Shown here: positions 15,001-28,562 of the stretch, one piece after another
How positions within the stretch are numbered: position 1 is the first letter of the stretch
Layout: each line of letters opens with the position of its first letter
Assembly (NCBI GenBank): GCA_903813345.2
Contig: CAIIXF020000001.1
Span: 16,678,001 to 16,742,000 of the forward strand
DNA from: Owenia fusiformis
Taxonomy: Eukaryota
Direction of reading: 5' to 3'
Length of the DNA stretch: 64,000 nucleotides
The notes under the pieces: generated by a model
What the model was told of the DNA's origin: nothing
Database searches by the model: none
Seen by the model: the letters and a program-made list of their open reading frames with translations, nothing else
Program-made: the position numbers and the translations under genes

Positions 15001-18000
15001 TAATTTAACAAGTTTGAAGTCTTACATGGAATAACTTAAAATTATGCTGGAATCCAGTTATGGATTGAATGATCTTAAGAAGATGTAAGAAGATGTGTTC
15101 AATGTGTTCAAAGTTATGGTGTACTTATAACAACATAGAGGTTGAGAGATATTACATTTACTATCTAAGATACATGTAGGCTCTCTATAAAATCACTTAG
15201 TTGCACACTATACACAGAAAAACTCAATAATATTCTATCAGGATTCAGAATCACACTACCCTACCACGTGACCACATTTTAAAATGATACAGGGTACGGT
15301 TAAGTTGCAAATGGAGCGGGAATTCTCTATCTTTGTCCATTGGGCTTTTCTGGTAATAATACGTTGCAAACTGCTCGATGAATCTATACAATGTATAGTA
15401 GAACACTTAGAATATGTGTAAAATCTAGTATACATTCAGAACTATGGAAATAAACAAACGTCCTCCATTTGCAACTTCCCTGTAGCCTGTACTTCTTTTA
15501 AAGGAATACAGGATACAGTATGGGGGTATAGTAGTGTGAGAATGGGGATAGTTTTCCAAAATTAGCAGGTTGCATTTCTTTGTCACCATATACATTTTAT
15601 GTCAACAGTATAGCTCAACTCATGGATTCATGACAATTTCTTAAAAAAAACATCTGTTGTTGAAGAGAAATTGCTGTGAAATCGAAAAAGTAAAAGACCG
15701 ATATAATTTGGTTCCGATTTGAATTTAAATCAAATTGAATTATAAGTTGCGAATTTTTTACATAAGTAAATGAATATGTATCATATATATGTACAAGTAT
15801 CATGTATTTCTACCTTGGACTTCATTTCCAGTTTCAGTTCAAAATTAAAAATAAATTTCCGTAAATTATTCCTCGCCTGTCTCATGGCTGACTTCGCCCA
15901 TGATTAACCGTATATCTGAATTTGTTATTTCAGCCTAAGATGTCCAGCATCCCTGACGGGGACTGGTACTGCTTTGAATGTATAACAACAGCCTCTGGTA
16001 GACCCCATTGTGTAGTTTGTGGAAAGACAGCTGGCCGCATGGCTGATTGTGATAACTGTCCACGTGCATTCCATATAGACTGCCTTGTTCCACCCCTTCC
16101 CAGGGTCCCCAGGAAGTGGTCCTGTGCTACGTGCGTCTCTGATAAGGTATGTCAGGGCCCATGCATTTTCAGAATTTATTCAAGGTTCCTTTTTGGAACA
16201 ATTGTAATTTACAATTCTTAAGAAGAACATTGTGTACTTATAAAAAAACATTGCCTACTCTCAAAGCAGACTTGCGACCAAATTGTAAATTATGAGAGTT
16301 TCAATAATGACCCCATAATAACAAATTCAAGTAAATGTGCAGTCATTCATTCTGGTATACATTGCCATTGAGTTGATAAGTGTCCATTATTTGATTATAC
16401 AGTGTAAACCTAGTGGGCGTCGTGGTCGCAAGCCTAAGGCACTGAAAGATCTAGAACGTTCCACAGATGACACAACAGATGATGCTGACAAATGCTCCAC
16501 ACCATCTAGTGCAACAAGTAGCAAACAAAATGGAACTGATGACTTCACCAACTGCAGGTAACCTTTTGATTTTTTCATCACCATTTATGAAAAGAAATCA
16601 AACACTTTGTCATTTCTACTCAAAAGAAGTACAGAATAAATCGTTAGACCTTTTCATTTTTATGCATATTTTGCATTGTTAATGCCTTTTTGATAGAAGC
16701 GATTGATTATTGAAAATACAGTATTTACTTTTTTTGTTCCAAAACTATATAGTCCTACAACTTGAGTTCAAAGGTGTTTGTTGTAAGTCTCAAACTTGAT
16801 TTTAAAAAATACACATATACCAAATGTCCTATGAAATATTCCAGGCTTATCCTATCTGAACTCGAAAGGCATGATGAAGCATGGCCATTCCTGCTCCCAG
16901 TGAACTTCAAGCAGTTTCCACAATATAAGAAGGTGATCAAACAGCCAATGGATTTCCAAACTATAAGGAATAAACTCAGGGACTCACAGTAAGTGATTTT
17001 TGTACATTGAATGTTTTGGTTTGGTCAAATTTTGTATTTGAGCACCTTGTCTCAGCTCTTTATAACATCTTCATGTGAACACTTAGAGCTCAGCAGTGTT
17101 CACTTTTGACATGCGAGTTTCAATGTGTATTCATTGTAAAATTATTAATTATTTTCTTATTATTTTCAATTATTATCCAATTACTCAGATGCGAGTAGGT
17201 AGTTACCAGTTTCGCCACCAGGTGGCTGATTCGGTGGAATTAACATGGCAGGGTATTACAAAATTCCCTTTAACTTGAATATGGATCAGTTTTAGGGGTT
17301 CACTTTTCATATTACCTTTATGTATCTGATAGTTATACAAATTAAAATATGTCCAGTAAAAGAAAATATTATCTACCCAACACAAGAAAAGATATTTCAC
17401 TTTTTGTGGTTTTACAACATGGGGTCTATGGGGAATCTCCCCAACCTAGAAGTCACATTTTCAAAGAATATAAATTTTCAAAGTTGATAAACTCTTTTCA
17501 AAACCACATTTCTAAATGTAATTTTACATGTAGATTCCAAATATGACATCAGTTTGACTTGAATTTTTAATGACGTAAATCAAGATTATTTCTACTCACA
17601 TCTGGGATATTATGTCAGTAAGAGACTATACAACTCACCTCTTATGGGATGTAGATATCACATAAAAATGTATGTACCTGTTCATACACAACAGGTTGGC
17701 ACAAACCCTGAGGCCATCTATCTTTTAGGGCTTGTTCTCTCATCTGAAGTTTTTTTCCATTAGATCTTTTAAAATTGATACAAACTTATGGCCAACTCTG
17801 TACATGCATGATGTTCATGACCTATACTATATTGCAAGAATTGACTTCCAGGTATGACAGTGTTGAGGAATTTCATGATGACGTCTATCTAGTATTTGAC
17901 AACTGTAAGACTTTCAACGAAGATGACTCCGAAGTGGGAGACGCTGGTCACATTATGAGAAGATATTTTACAAAACGTTGGAAGGACATCACTGAAGACA

Positions 18001-18008
18001 GCGATTAA
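61..18008 (+). CDS. BAZ2B: Bromodomain adjacent to zinc finger domain protein 2 (BAZ2A/B, toutatis-like), 5'-truncated by the window edge
   Basis: Phase-consistent GT-AG exons: 61-153, 391-506, 1773-1838, 2670-2714, 4116-4157, 7386-7451, 7887-8027, 8389-8500, 8982-9124, 9348-9640, 9923-10115, 10315-11692, 12011-12169, 12571-12749, 13299-13471, 14235-14499, 14687-14776, 15934-16146, 16403-16557, 16845-16988, 17852-18008. They encode a coiled coil, a DDT domain ([15 protein letters not shown]), WHIM motifs ([20 protein letters not shown]), IAWEKSIM, two PHD fingers (CQIC..CDNC..H..C..WYCFEC; CVVC..CDNC..H..C..WSCATC) and a C-terminal bromodomain ([21 protein letters not shown]). Confidence 0.93.
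2385..2640. repeat. Degenerate tandem repeat (~40-45 bp unit, GTGACACATG..ATATTAAAGTGTAAC..ATATTTACCT)
   Basis: About 6 imperfect copies visible just upstream of the 2670 exon. Confidence 0.7.
2806..2950 (+). mobile_element. Short HINE/DINE-1-like (Helentron-associated) element, family A
   Basis: 5' ATGTCACCACC..GTGGTGACAT hairpin, 3' GGTGGTGACAT subterminal inverted repeat followed by GCATTTTAATGC stem-loop, T-rich flanks. Confidence 0.65.
4764..4840. mobile_element. Possible 77-bp piggyBac-type remnant
   Basis: TTAA|CCCTT ... AAGGG|TTAA; only a 5-bp terminal inverted match. Confidence 0.3.
5207..6495. repeat. 49-bp minisatellite, ~26 near-identical copies, in a BAZ2 intron
   Basis: Unit CTAAGCTTGCTCATCGTTGGACTAAGCTTACTGTTCAACTGGCAGACAA with two AAGCTT per unit and no spacers. 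Confidence 0.97.
6768..6909 (+). mobile_element. HINE-like family A copy
   Basis: Same termini as 2806-2950. Confidence 0.65.
8527..8656 (+). mobile_element. HINE-like family A copy
   Basis: ATGTCACCACC ... GGTGACATTTTGAATGTTAATGCC. Confidence 0.6.
12872..13200 (+). mobile_element. Unclassified interspersed repeat with internal palindrome
   Basis: Inverted homolog at 31930-32290; internal hairpin GGGTAATATTGTCGAATACACCCC ... GGGGTGTATTCGACGATATTACCC. Confidence 0.75.
13590..14250 (+). repeat. 47-bp tandem array (~15 units) overlapping a BAZ2 3' splice site
   Basis: Unit CATCTACATTTTACATTTACCTTGTTTTACAG|TACAACAATTGACCT; the last unit provides the real acceptor at 14234/14235. Confidence 0.95.
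15252..15538. mobile_element. Degenerate MITE-like inverted-repeat element
   Basis: CACACTAC ... GTAGTGTG ends with internal AAGTTGCAAATGGAG / CTCCATTTGCAACTT inverted pair. Confidence 0.5.
17184..17606. mobile_element. ~420-bp MITE (TIR CCCAGATGCGAGTAG)
   Basis: Terminal inverted repeats; inverted homolog of 62848-63277 and of the split copy 51096-57783. Confidence 0.85.
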
Positions 18009-19444
18009 TACAATATTGGCCAGCAGTTCACATTATATGGATTCAACAAGAGAATATGTAACAAAACAAATTTTTAATGTAAAGTAATATTGGGTTGTCT
18101 CTAGAAAGCCCAAGGTAACATTTACGAGTATTGTGCCTGTGGAGTTCATTCTTTGGACAGAATTTGTATTTCCATAAACAATTTTTCGCATCGGGTAATG
18201 ATGCCCTCAAAAAGCAGGGCTATTTAGGATAAACTGAGGACTGAAGAAAGGTATTTATATTATGGAGGATCCATGTTTAAAGTTATTTATGAATGGTGAT
18301 CTTGTTGATCATCATACAGTAGACAGTGATATGCTCTCTACCTGTTATTTATGCTAACCTTTGCCAAATTCTTAGATTTTCATTCAACCACACATGGGGA
18401 TGGAAGCCCCACTATCTCTTGTATTTTATATTTTTATTTTCCGGGAGTTTTCATGATAATTAATTCTAAAATATGTGAGAAATGTACTCGTTTATCCAAT
18501 GAAAGTATTTTTACCTGTCGTGTACAACTTATTGATGCAAAAAGTACAATATTTTATCTTGCTCAAATGAATTTTGTTTAATACTGAGTCGTGTATACAA
18601 TGTATGTCAAATCATGAAATCATATGAGTTACCTAACATAGAAATGAAGGTAAAGAAAATAGGTGTTCACACATTTTGATCTCATTTGTCACGTTGCGCA
18701 ATGCAATGACAATATGTTACATAGATCAAGAAAAAACGATTTAATCAATGCCTCAGCATTACATATTGTTGTACGTTTGCTGATAGATTTTCAGTTGAAT
18801 TTTTAAACTCTTATTCATGTTTTAGAATTTTTGTGTATAGGAATCAATGATGGTCAGTTGGACATAATTTGACTTGAATCATTTGATATGATCTTTATAT
18901 TATACTTTATATATATATATATTTATATGTCATTAACAAAGTAGCTCAGATAAAGCTTGTTGAAATGTACATTAGATAGATTTTAATTTATTGTTATTTA
19001 ACTGTATACAGTGTTTTGAAAGCCAATTGGATTGGAGGAGTTGATTGTTGAAATCATCTCAAAAAGAGATATACAGTATAGCTGTTTAGAAAACTTTTAA
19101 ACTAACTTTAGTATTAGGTAAAGTCTGTAATTGCACTGTAGTTTTACTCAGTATTTCCAGTCAGTTTGACAAAGATTAACATTTCCTGTAGTCTCCACAG
19201 TTGCTTCTTATGTGTTTATATGAAGTCAATGATTGCATAATGAAGTCTATTCTACAGCCCTTAGATTTTACAACTAGTTGGGTTATCCATCCAATTTAAA
19301 GGAATAAGAAATTAGAAATTAATTTGAATGTTATCTAGAGGCTGTCAGTGTCTAGGTGTACTCCCCATTTTATTTAACAAATTTTTATTGGGTAAAAATA
19401 ACTATTCACATTCGTTAGATTATACTTTTCACTAATTCTCTGAG

Positions 19445-19780
19445 ATAATTCGTCGCATGAGAATAACTTTGTACTATCTCACATTTTTACGGAACTGAGA
19501 AATCAAGGTTTGAAAGTTTAGAGGTCTGTATCTTACTTAGTATTGCTATGTGAAACTTGATTTTTTGTATGTCACCTGGTCTCACCCTAGAGATATCTTA
19601 TATGAAATATCATACCTTGAAACAATTTACAAGATCCTTTTTTAAAACTATGGAAATGGAGTTGATACAATTTCCCGCCGGAATAACAGCTTATTTCTAA
19701 TTTCAAATTGTCATATCTGATATCAACTGTTTCAACCAATCAACTCTCTAAGAATTGGTCATGTGACTTGCAAAACTTAT
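19445..19780. repeat. Dispersed repeat, inverted partner of 22330-22600
   Basis: 19447-19475 and 19685-19778 are reverse complements of 22564-22594 and 22333-22426. Confidence 0.75.
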
Positions 19781-20866
19781 AACAAAAATTATATATATAA
19801 AATTAAATATTAAAACAAAGTATGCCAATATGCATGTTATTGTATCTAGAATGAAAAATAATGTTTTGCTTTGTAAAAAGGTCTTCAAAAACCAAAGAAT
19901 ATTATTTAATAAAATAAAGAAAATTCAATTTATAAAACTTTAAAATCAATTTCTCAAATAAGTACAATTATTTCTTAATTTTGGAATCTCAGGACACCCT
20001 TCAAAAAGAATTTATTGCCTTTGAAACTAAGGCAGAAGTACAATGCATTGAAACCAATGATGCCAATACGGTCCCCCACATATTTCCCTCGGTATAAACC
20101 CTGTAGCCTAAACCTCCCAGCACATTACAATGTAGCCCCTAAGGGCCGGTCCGCTGGTCATTATCAGGTTATTTTTGATACAGACCAGTTGATTTTTTCA
20201 CTGGGTATAGGAGAATAACATTGCAACTGGTCCGTAATTCCATTTTGACCAGCAGGTTTCAGATCCTTAGGGCCTAAGACATAACCAATTTTTATTACAT
20301 GCACATGGAAGAAATTTGAAAATAGAAAAATAAATTCTAATTCATTTTAGATTAATGAAAGTGATGAAACCTCGATTTAGGTAATCACATTTTGTTCATT
20401 GGGATGCAGCTATCATTATCCATTCATTTTCTGTTGTTTGCTACTACTCTGTGGAGTACAATTGGGAATTGAAGCAATTGTAGAAGTGGAGACTAAGAGT
20501 GGCTCTTTGTAAAGAAATTGAACCAATTTGTTACTTTTCCAAAATAAAATGTAGATGATCTAAAAACAATGATCCCAAAAATGAAAAAAGAAAGGACAAA
20601 TCTGAAAAACATACTAGTAATAAAATAACTAAAAAGATCCCAGATGTTCAGTGAAAAGCGCAAAGCAAATCATAGGTGAAGAGAAAATAAAATAAGTGTT
20701 TTAAGGGACTATACTAACATAAGGATAACTCCTTATTGATATAGTGTATGGTCAGTAAAAGTTAAAGCTAGTTTAAATAGATTTAGCTTTTTTCCACAAA
20801 CTATAAAACATCATTTTGAAAGAGATTTCAATAGTATACAGACAGTGATTGCCTCTGAGCAATGTA

Positions 20867-21773
20867 CAGTGTGTCTCAAAAAAAATGTTACACTTACAAA
20901 AAGTTCAATATCTTTCATGATTTTGACTTTATCCCTAAAATATACTTAGATACCAAAATACCAGCCTTTCCCGAATAAATCCACTCCATCAGATTTAAAA
21001 TCCGTCCATGATTGGCTGCACAGGACAGATTTTATAGACGCATGTGAAATCTGATTTGCGCCAACTTCTCAGTGGTTGGACATGTGTTGATCAATTCTTT
21101 TTTGGTGTGAATGCTGTGGACAGTGATATCTTGATATGATCAATGATCCAGTTGTTTCTTTCCTGGATAGAAATGCAACATGTCATTGTCAAAGGTTCAA
21201 TTTGGTTACATTTGCTGGCAACAGGATGGTACAAGGGCCTGTGGCAGATCGTTTGGTAGAACTCTTTGGAAATCAGAAAGTAGCATTGAATTACCCAATT
21301 GATTGGCACCCAGGGTCATCCCACTTTAGACCCTTGCTTTTCAAAGGGCCTCTGAAAGCGCTTTACAGCATCACAAACTAAATCCTCAGATTTGCTTTCA
21401 CATTCAACATGTTGAGGGGACCACATGTTTATGTGGATAGACCAAATGATCATATGTAAGAAAAAGAGGAAAATTACAGAATGACTCGCAAAGGTCAAAC
21501 TTCTGCTCAGAAGAAAGTTAAATGTTAAAGAAACTGTTCCTCTTTTGTCATATGGTCCATCCAATCACTTAGAACTTGGCGCAAGTCAGATTTTACTTTG
21601 GGACACTAAAAGCTGTCCTGTGGAACCAATCAAGGACAGATTTTGAATCTGATAGTGTCAAATTATTTGAGAAAGATTTGTCTGTTGGTATTCAAAGTAA
21701 TTTAATGGGAAAAGTCAAAATTATGAAAGATATTGAACTTTTTGTAAGTGTAACATTTTTTTGAGACACTCTG
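20867..21773. mobile_element. Tc1/mariner-type non-autonomous element
   Basis: TA|CAGTGTGTCTCAAAAAAAATGTTACAC ... GTGTAACATTTTTTTGAGACACTCTG|TA, with imperfect inverted repeats extending ~190 bp. Confidence 0.88.
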
Positions 21774-22329
21774 TAGTGCAAAATATGACAGTTGCTATTT
21801 GTTTTGATTACTATATCTAGTATATAACCTATTATTATGTACTCTATTTGAAGAAACAAATAAGTAGTCTTTCATTTTCAACATTTAATGATGACAGCTT
21901 TCTATATGCATTTCTATTGCATTTGGCCATTCAAACCCCTATAAGACCTGGTAGCAAGGAAGATAAAGGGTACTTTTGACTGCTCACATGATCTAATTAT
22001 CTGGTCATTTGTACTTTTCATCTTCCCTGGTAGCGAGGATTTAGGTTTTCGAGGAAATTAATAATTCTATTTCATATCATGTGGCCATGAATAATCCAAT
22101 GAGCATCCATAATACAAAGAGTAATTGAGGGCATATAATTTGAATATGCATGGGATTACACATACTGTATCATTTTATTTTTTTGATCTACTTGTAATAG
22201 CTCTAAAACTAAAACATGAAAGGCCAGGCATGCCAACTGGCATGGTATTGTGTTACAAAACATTATTTCATTCTAGATACAATAACATGCATATTGGCAT
22301 ACTTCGTTTTAATACAAGATTGTTATAAC

Positions 22330-22600
22330 TCCAAGTTTTGTAAGTCACATGACCAATTCTTAGACAGTTGATTGGTTGAAACAGTTGATATCAGATATGA
22401 CAATTTGAAATTAGAAATAAGCTGTTTGTCTGGAGATGGTACAATTTCACACTGAATTCTAGCTTAATGAGAGGGAATTGAGATGGGGCATGTATCTGAG
22501 ATGAAAGCCTGTGTTTCAAATAGTAAAATTCCATGTCTATCTCAATTTTTTTGAAAATGGCAGTTAGTACAAAGTTATTCTCACGCGACGAATTCTAGAG
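22330..22600. repeat. Dispersed repeat, inverted partner of 19445-19780
   Basis: Reverse-complement match blocks as described for 19445-19780. Confidence 0.75.
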
Positions 22601-23932
22601 TTAGAATTCTTTGTATTTTGTTTGGTTTTGTAAGAAATTTAGTGCAATAAGTATATAATCAGCTGAAAATTATTCATTTGTCTTGCAAGGAAATATAATA
22701 TTAGAACACAAATGAATTGTTCTGATGCTGTTCCACCATCAACAAATTATTTACAGCCTCATTGTGTTGGTAACCATGGCAACCATGCACGAATATAATG
22801 TCTCATTAAAAATCCAATGTTTGTCTCATCACTCAGTATTTCGTTAACAGCACTGGATATTGTATTTGATATTGAATAAACAGAAATGCATTCAATTATA
22901 GAATATTGTTTTTTGTTTCTTTCTTGCTCAATGTCAAAACTTAATTCGCAAGGGCCAAAAGAGAAATATCAATCAAAGGGCAGCAAAAAAAGTTGAAATA
23001 CTGGAGAATGTAAAACTTCAAAAATTGTCATTTTCAAAATAACAATCATTGTTTGTCATACACATGATACAATGATTTCTACCTTTTTATCTTTATGCAA
23101 TGTGAATTATTTAACAATCATTTTGAAGAAACTTCAATTCTTCATGAATTTGGAAATACAGTGTAAATGTATATTTAGCCTTCAGGAATCAAAGGTAATG
23201 GATTGTCATGTTTATTGAAAAGATTGTTTTCTACATTTCACACTCTGCTTTCAGTCTGTATTTGCGTCCAATGTTGACAAAAGAATTATTGTTCAACTCA
23301 ATCTATACATTTACTAAGATGATATACCAGTACAGTAGTTGCTAACTCCTTTCCGAGGAATACATGCAAGATTTTTGTTCCAATGCTCTGCTATCGTTAT
23401 CAACAATGAATGATATACATCGAATATATCCATATCATCCTATGCCATGCAACAGTAATGTGTAATGCTATACAAAAAATTGACTCCCATGTTGTATTAC
23501 TTACTATAGCGTATGTACCCCTGTAGCACCCAGGTTTGCAAGATGAACCACCAGTCTCATGGGTTCTTTTTTAATTGATCCATCATAGTTACATCTTGAA
23601 AATGGTAAATTTTCTGGAGCAAGGGGATACCCTATACCTCCCGAAAAGTTGTTTTTCATTAGAATTGCTCATGCAAATTGAAAGTGCCTAAGTGACATGT
23701 TATGAAAAGAATTTCTAAAAGAAAGGGGACACCCCTCATTAATTTTCAGTTGTCGAATTGGCTCATATTCACATCACGGGCTTTCAAGAAATCCCATGTA
23801 CATATCCATTGAAAATGTCTTAAATGTAAGTGTCATGTTTTTACACTGTAGTTTCAAATTATGAAATATGTGCCAGAAATGTTTAGAATTTTCAATTTGC
23901 CATTAAAAAATTTAAAAATCATCTGACAAGAA

Positions 23933-25400
23933 CACGCCCGGTGATCGTGAATATGGGACGGAGGGGGGGAGCAGGCAATTTCTGCTAGGAAATTCAACAA
24001 ATCTGGAAGATTTATTTTTTCAAGAAAAAGTTTACTATTGAATTGCTAAATGGATAGGCGCACGGTATGGTAGAATATGTTAGGTTTTCTGGGATTTTTT
24101 CTGAAACGATACGCATCTAAGGTATGAGATCTATTAAAAAAGGCGCAAGGCCATCAACAGGCACAAATCAACGTTTTTGCTATAAATCAAGCAACAATGG
24201 TCTGGACGACCTGTAATAAATACTTGTAAGGCCATAAGAAGTCGATCCTCTGTTTTGCGTCCCCTTGCTTGCACGATTTTGAGTAAATCAGAAAAAACAA
24301 ACACATCCAAATAGCAATCACAAGGGTCTGAAAGTACCATCGCATTTCATTCAATCAGAATCAGATGAAATGGCGGATAAATTGATGTGCGTCAAAATTG
24401 ACAGTGTTATAATTATTTGACATACATTGTGTATTTTCTTATTTTTTACCCTTGAAAAATAGCCATGTTTTTATATATTGTATAAAATGTATAAATATGT
24501 GTTTGTAATCACTGCAAATTGGGATGTCATCCTTTTTTATGCCCCTAAAATGTATATATTCCTCAGCAAACAAGTTTGTGTTTTTTCTTTAGTTTGTGTT
24601 TGTTTTCCTTGTACCCTTACATGATTTGGATTTTGCCAGGACGCAAAACAAAGAATCTACTTCTTATGGCCTAAGTGATGTTATCATAACTAAATTAATG
24701 TCATTGCTGAATTTATAAAATAAGTTTCCATATATGAAATAAAAAATAATCGAAAATAATGAATTTGGGACGGAGGGGGGGAGGGGATGGAGGGGGGGAG
24801 CAATATGTATATAAGACATGATTAGAGATGTTTCGCGACTTTAAGTCCTTTTACTCCAAATGTCCCCATTTTTCAGTCTCCAGGGGTATATCATCCAGTT
24901 TCTTACTAAGTTAATGAGTTCATTTTTCAAATACAAGAATTCGTGTGAAGTTGTTTCACTTTATAGAATTATTACTCCCCCCTCCGTCCCCTCCCCCCCC
25001 CCCCTCCGTCCCATTTTAATTATTTTCGATTATTTTTTATTTTACGTATGGAAACTTATTTTATAAATTCAGCAATGACATTAATTTAGTTATGATAACA
25101 TCACTTACAAGTATTTATTACAGGTCGTGTAGTCCATTGTTGCTTGATTTATAGCAAAAACGTTGATTTGTGCCTGTTGATGGCCTTGCGCCTTTTTTAA
25201 TAGATTTCATACCTTAGATGCGTATCGTTTCAGAAAAAATCCCAGAAAACCTAACATATTCTACCATACCGTGCGCCTATCCATTTAGCAATTCAATAGT
25301 AAACTTTTTCTTGAAAAAATAAATCTTCCAGATTTGTTGAATTTCCTAGCAGAAATTGCCTGCTCCCCCCTCCGTCCCATATTCACGATCACCGGGCGTG
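23933..25400. mobile_element. Foldback-like non-autonomous DNA transposon with ~420-bp TIRs and 4-bp TSD
   Basis: AGAA|CACGCCCGGTGATCGTGAATATGGGACGG ... CCGTCCCATATTCACGATCACCGGGCGTG|AGAA; near-perfect arms, left arm interrupted at 24230-24671. Confidence 0.9.
24230..24671. mobile_element. PIF/Harbinger-type (Tourist-like) MITE nested in the foldback arm
   Basis: TAA|GGCCATAAGAAGT ... ACTTCTTATGGCC|TAA; the opposite arm shows the uninterrupted site. Confidence 0.88.
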
Positions 25401-26499
25401 AGAACCCCTGTACCCCCAATTTGGCTCATTTCACTCGTGCATTCGCTCATACTCTTCACTGACACTATAACTTCACTTGCTCAGATACCACCAAATCCTG
25501 TTGTGAGCCCTGAGAGGTGAAACATATCTTATCATCTTTTTCTTAAAATTCCACTTAGCGGAATCAATTGGTGAATGATCTTGCGTTTTCATACTAAAGT
25601 TTGTTTTTGAGTTTTTTCTTATAGTTTTATATATTTAAAGTTATTTAAGAGACAGGGCCCTTTTTCTAAAGCCCTTTTTAGAAAAATAATTGAGATTACA
25701 GAGGATACCTGTTATTTCTGCTTTTTAACACAATTTTAATAGAAAATTCCAATTCCAAACTCCTTATCTCAATATAATTCACCACTGGGGAATGGGAATT
25801 GAGCAACCAAACTTGGCACAAAGTTAGATCCTAAGATAAACTCTAATCTTAGGGCTTTGATTTTTTGTGACATCTTATATTTGCCTAGCAACCACATAGC
25901 AACTGCCTAAAATAACATATTTTACAATATAAATCCACTTAACATATGCTAGGATGCTATACTACCATTACAAAAAAGTATTCTTATCTTAAAATACAAC
26001 AATTTTACCATATTTACTGAAGTGACATCACCATGTTGCATAGCAACAACATGGCAACAGGTTACAATGCCCATTTTGACATTTGCAGACCATATATCTA
26101 TTATATGTTCACTGCTTTTGGATCTCTTCCACATTATTTCTTAACATATAGCAAATGTATTGATGCAGTTATGTCTGACCATTTTCCCTAACAACGGCTT
26201 GAAATAAAGGTTAAATTTGCCTAGCAACGACCAAGCAACATCATAAAATAGCAATGTTTCTCATAAGAATTTCACTATATATCCACTATATGACTTAAAG
26301 AAAATCAATATATATGTCTTTTGTGATTTATAAAGCTTTATAGTTGCTCACTTAAAAATCTTTAGTCTCTTGTGTAAAGCATGATGGGACATTTCTTGTC
26401 TTACGTGTATCAAATTGCAATTCATGTTTCAGTTCTGATTCATCACATTGATACTTGATACATTTTCAGCATTGATACCCCTAAGATAATACTCTATTT

Positions 26500-27260
26500 T
26501 GGTGAATTGCTTCGATTTCCTTTACAGGTGCATAGTTCGATGCAGTAGAATGCGCCATGGCATTACCAGTTCCCTTTGCAGTCACATTTGGTGCAGTCAC
26601 ATTTAATTATGACTTTACATGCTATGGAAGCTTGGGCAATATTGTCCATCTGGGCACCCACAATCCTGATGGGCTCCTAAACCATCCCCATATGCTTGGT
26701 GAAGGAAAACCTGGATCCACTATATACCACTGCCCCCATGTGCTTCTTGTCAAAAGAACACCTGTAAGATCATTACATAAGTTCCATTGCTTGAAAACTG
26801 TCACCTTGCTCTGATGGTAAAATCCAGACATGGTATCAGTTCCAGTAAGGATGTGGAACATTGGCGGCACACATGATCTTTGTGGTCCTAGTGCTCAAGC
26901 AAATTCATAAATTGGAATGTAGTGTTAGTTTTGAAAATGCTACATATAGATCTCAATCTGTAGCTCAGAGGCACATGCTATTAGGCTATCACAACATTAC
27001 TGTCCACTGATTGTCCACTGATCTTATCATAAATGTCCTGCAACCTTTTCCGACACCATGAGACACATCCAAAAACATATGTGTATCTGCCTCTCCCTGG
27101 GAGCAGGGACTATTATGGCATAATTAGCAGGATTACTGATGCACTCTCCTTCGATGGTTGAGACAAAGACTCTATCGTCTGCCATAATATGTCTTGTAAC
27201 AATTGCTAGTAGTGCAAAGAACTCTATCTTGTTGTCATTGTTTCTGAGAAATCCTATCCT
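26500..27260 (-). pseudogene. Decayed Academ-like transposase 3' fragment (left arm)
   Basis: Frameshifted EADTHMF.., FHILTGTDTMSGF, ..WGW..LWVPRWT motifs; inverted copy of 27575-28350. Confidence 0.7.
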
Positions 27261-27574
27261 AACACCAAACTACCAAGCAATATTGGCAAGACTTTATTGA
27301 AAGATAGAGCTCTTTGCACAATTCCTAAATCCTTCAGCATCTCAAGTGGTAAAACTTGAAACTTTGAAATTAATGACTTGTATGTTTCAGCAAATCCCAG
27401 ATAGGATTTTAAGCTTTTTACAAGTATAACCTTGACTTAACGATTTAATCAGTAGTGTCTTAATTTAAAATCTATATACTAGTATTTTGAACACATCCTG
27501 CTGGGATACATAAACTCCATATACTGGGTTCAGTAGAATATTACTATCCAAATGTGGAAAATTAACAATGGCAT

Positions 27575-28350
27575 AGATACATATATGTTTTTGCATGTGT
27601 CTCATGGTGTCGGAAAAGGTTGCAGGACATTTATGATAAGATCAGTGGACAGTAATGTTATTGTGATAGCCTTAGCCTGTGCCTCTGAGCTACAGATTGA
27701 GGTCTATGTAGCATTTTCAAAATGCAAAACGTATCGCTACATTCCAGTTCATGAGATTGCTAGAGCACTAGGACCACAAAGATCATGTGCGTTGCCAATG
27801 TTCCATGCCCATACTGGAACTGATACCATGTGACGTCTGGATTTTACCATCAGAGCAAGGTGACAGTTTTCAAGCAATGGAACTTATGTAATGATCTAGC
27901 AGGTGTCCTTTTGACTCTAGTAGATCGCCCATCAACCGTAACAACAACAGAAGTTATGGGCACAATTGAGAGGTTCATTATCCTGGTTTACCAGCCTGCA
28001 AACAGTGAGACAAATCTCAATACCATGCGCAAGCACATGTTCACTCATGACAGATCGATCCCGATAGATTACCTCCAACAAGCGATGCAGCACTCTATAA
28101 TGTCATGCTCCAAGGAGCACATGTATGGGGGCAATGGCATATAGTGGATCCAGTTCTTCCTTCAACAAACCTATGGGGATGGTTTAGGAGCACATCAGGA
28201 TTGTGTGTACCCAGATGGACAATACTGTCGCCAGCATCCATAATTAAAGGGAACTGCAAATGGAACTGCAAATGCCATGGTGCATTCTACTGCACCAAAA
28301 ACTATGCAATTGCAAAGGAAATTGTAGCAATTAACCCAAATAGAGTATTA
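27575..28350 (+). pseudogene. Decayed Academ-like transposase 3' fragment (right arm)
   Basis: DT.MFLHV..IRSVDSNVIVIA..YIPVHEIA..ALPMFHAHTGTDT..IERFIILVY..WGW..Cys-rich tail, with frameshifts. Confidence 0.75.
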
Positions 28351-28562
28351 TCTTAGGGGTATTAATGCTGAAAATGTAACAAGGATAAATATGATGAATA
28401 TATTGTGTTTACTTTATCTCAGAACTGAAACATGAATTGCAGGACTTTTGCAGTTTGATAAACATAAGACAAGAAATGTCCCATCATGCTTTACACAAGA
28501 GACTACAGGTTTTTGAGTGTGCAGCAACAAAGCTTTATCAATTAAAAGACATACATATTACA

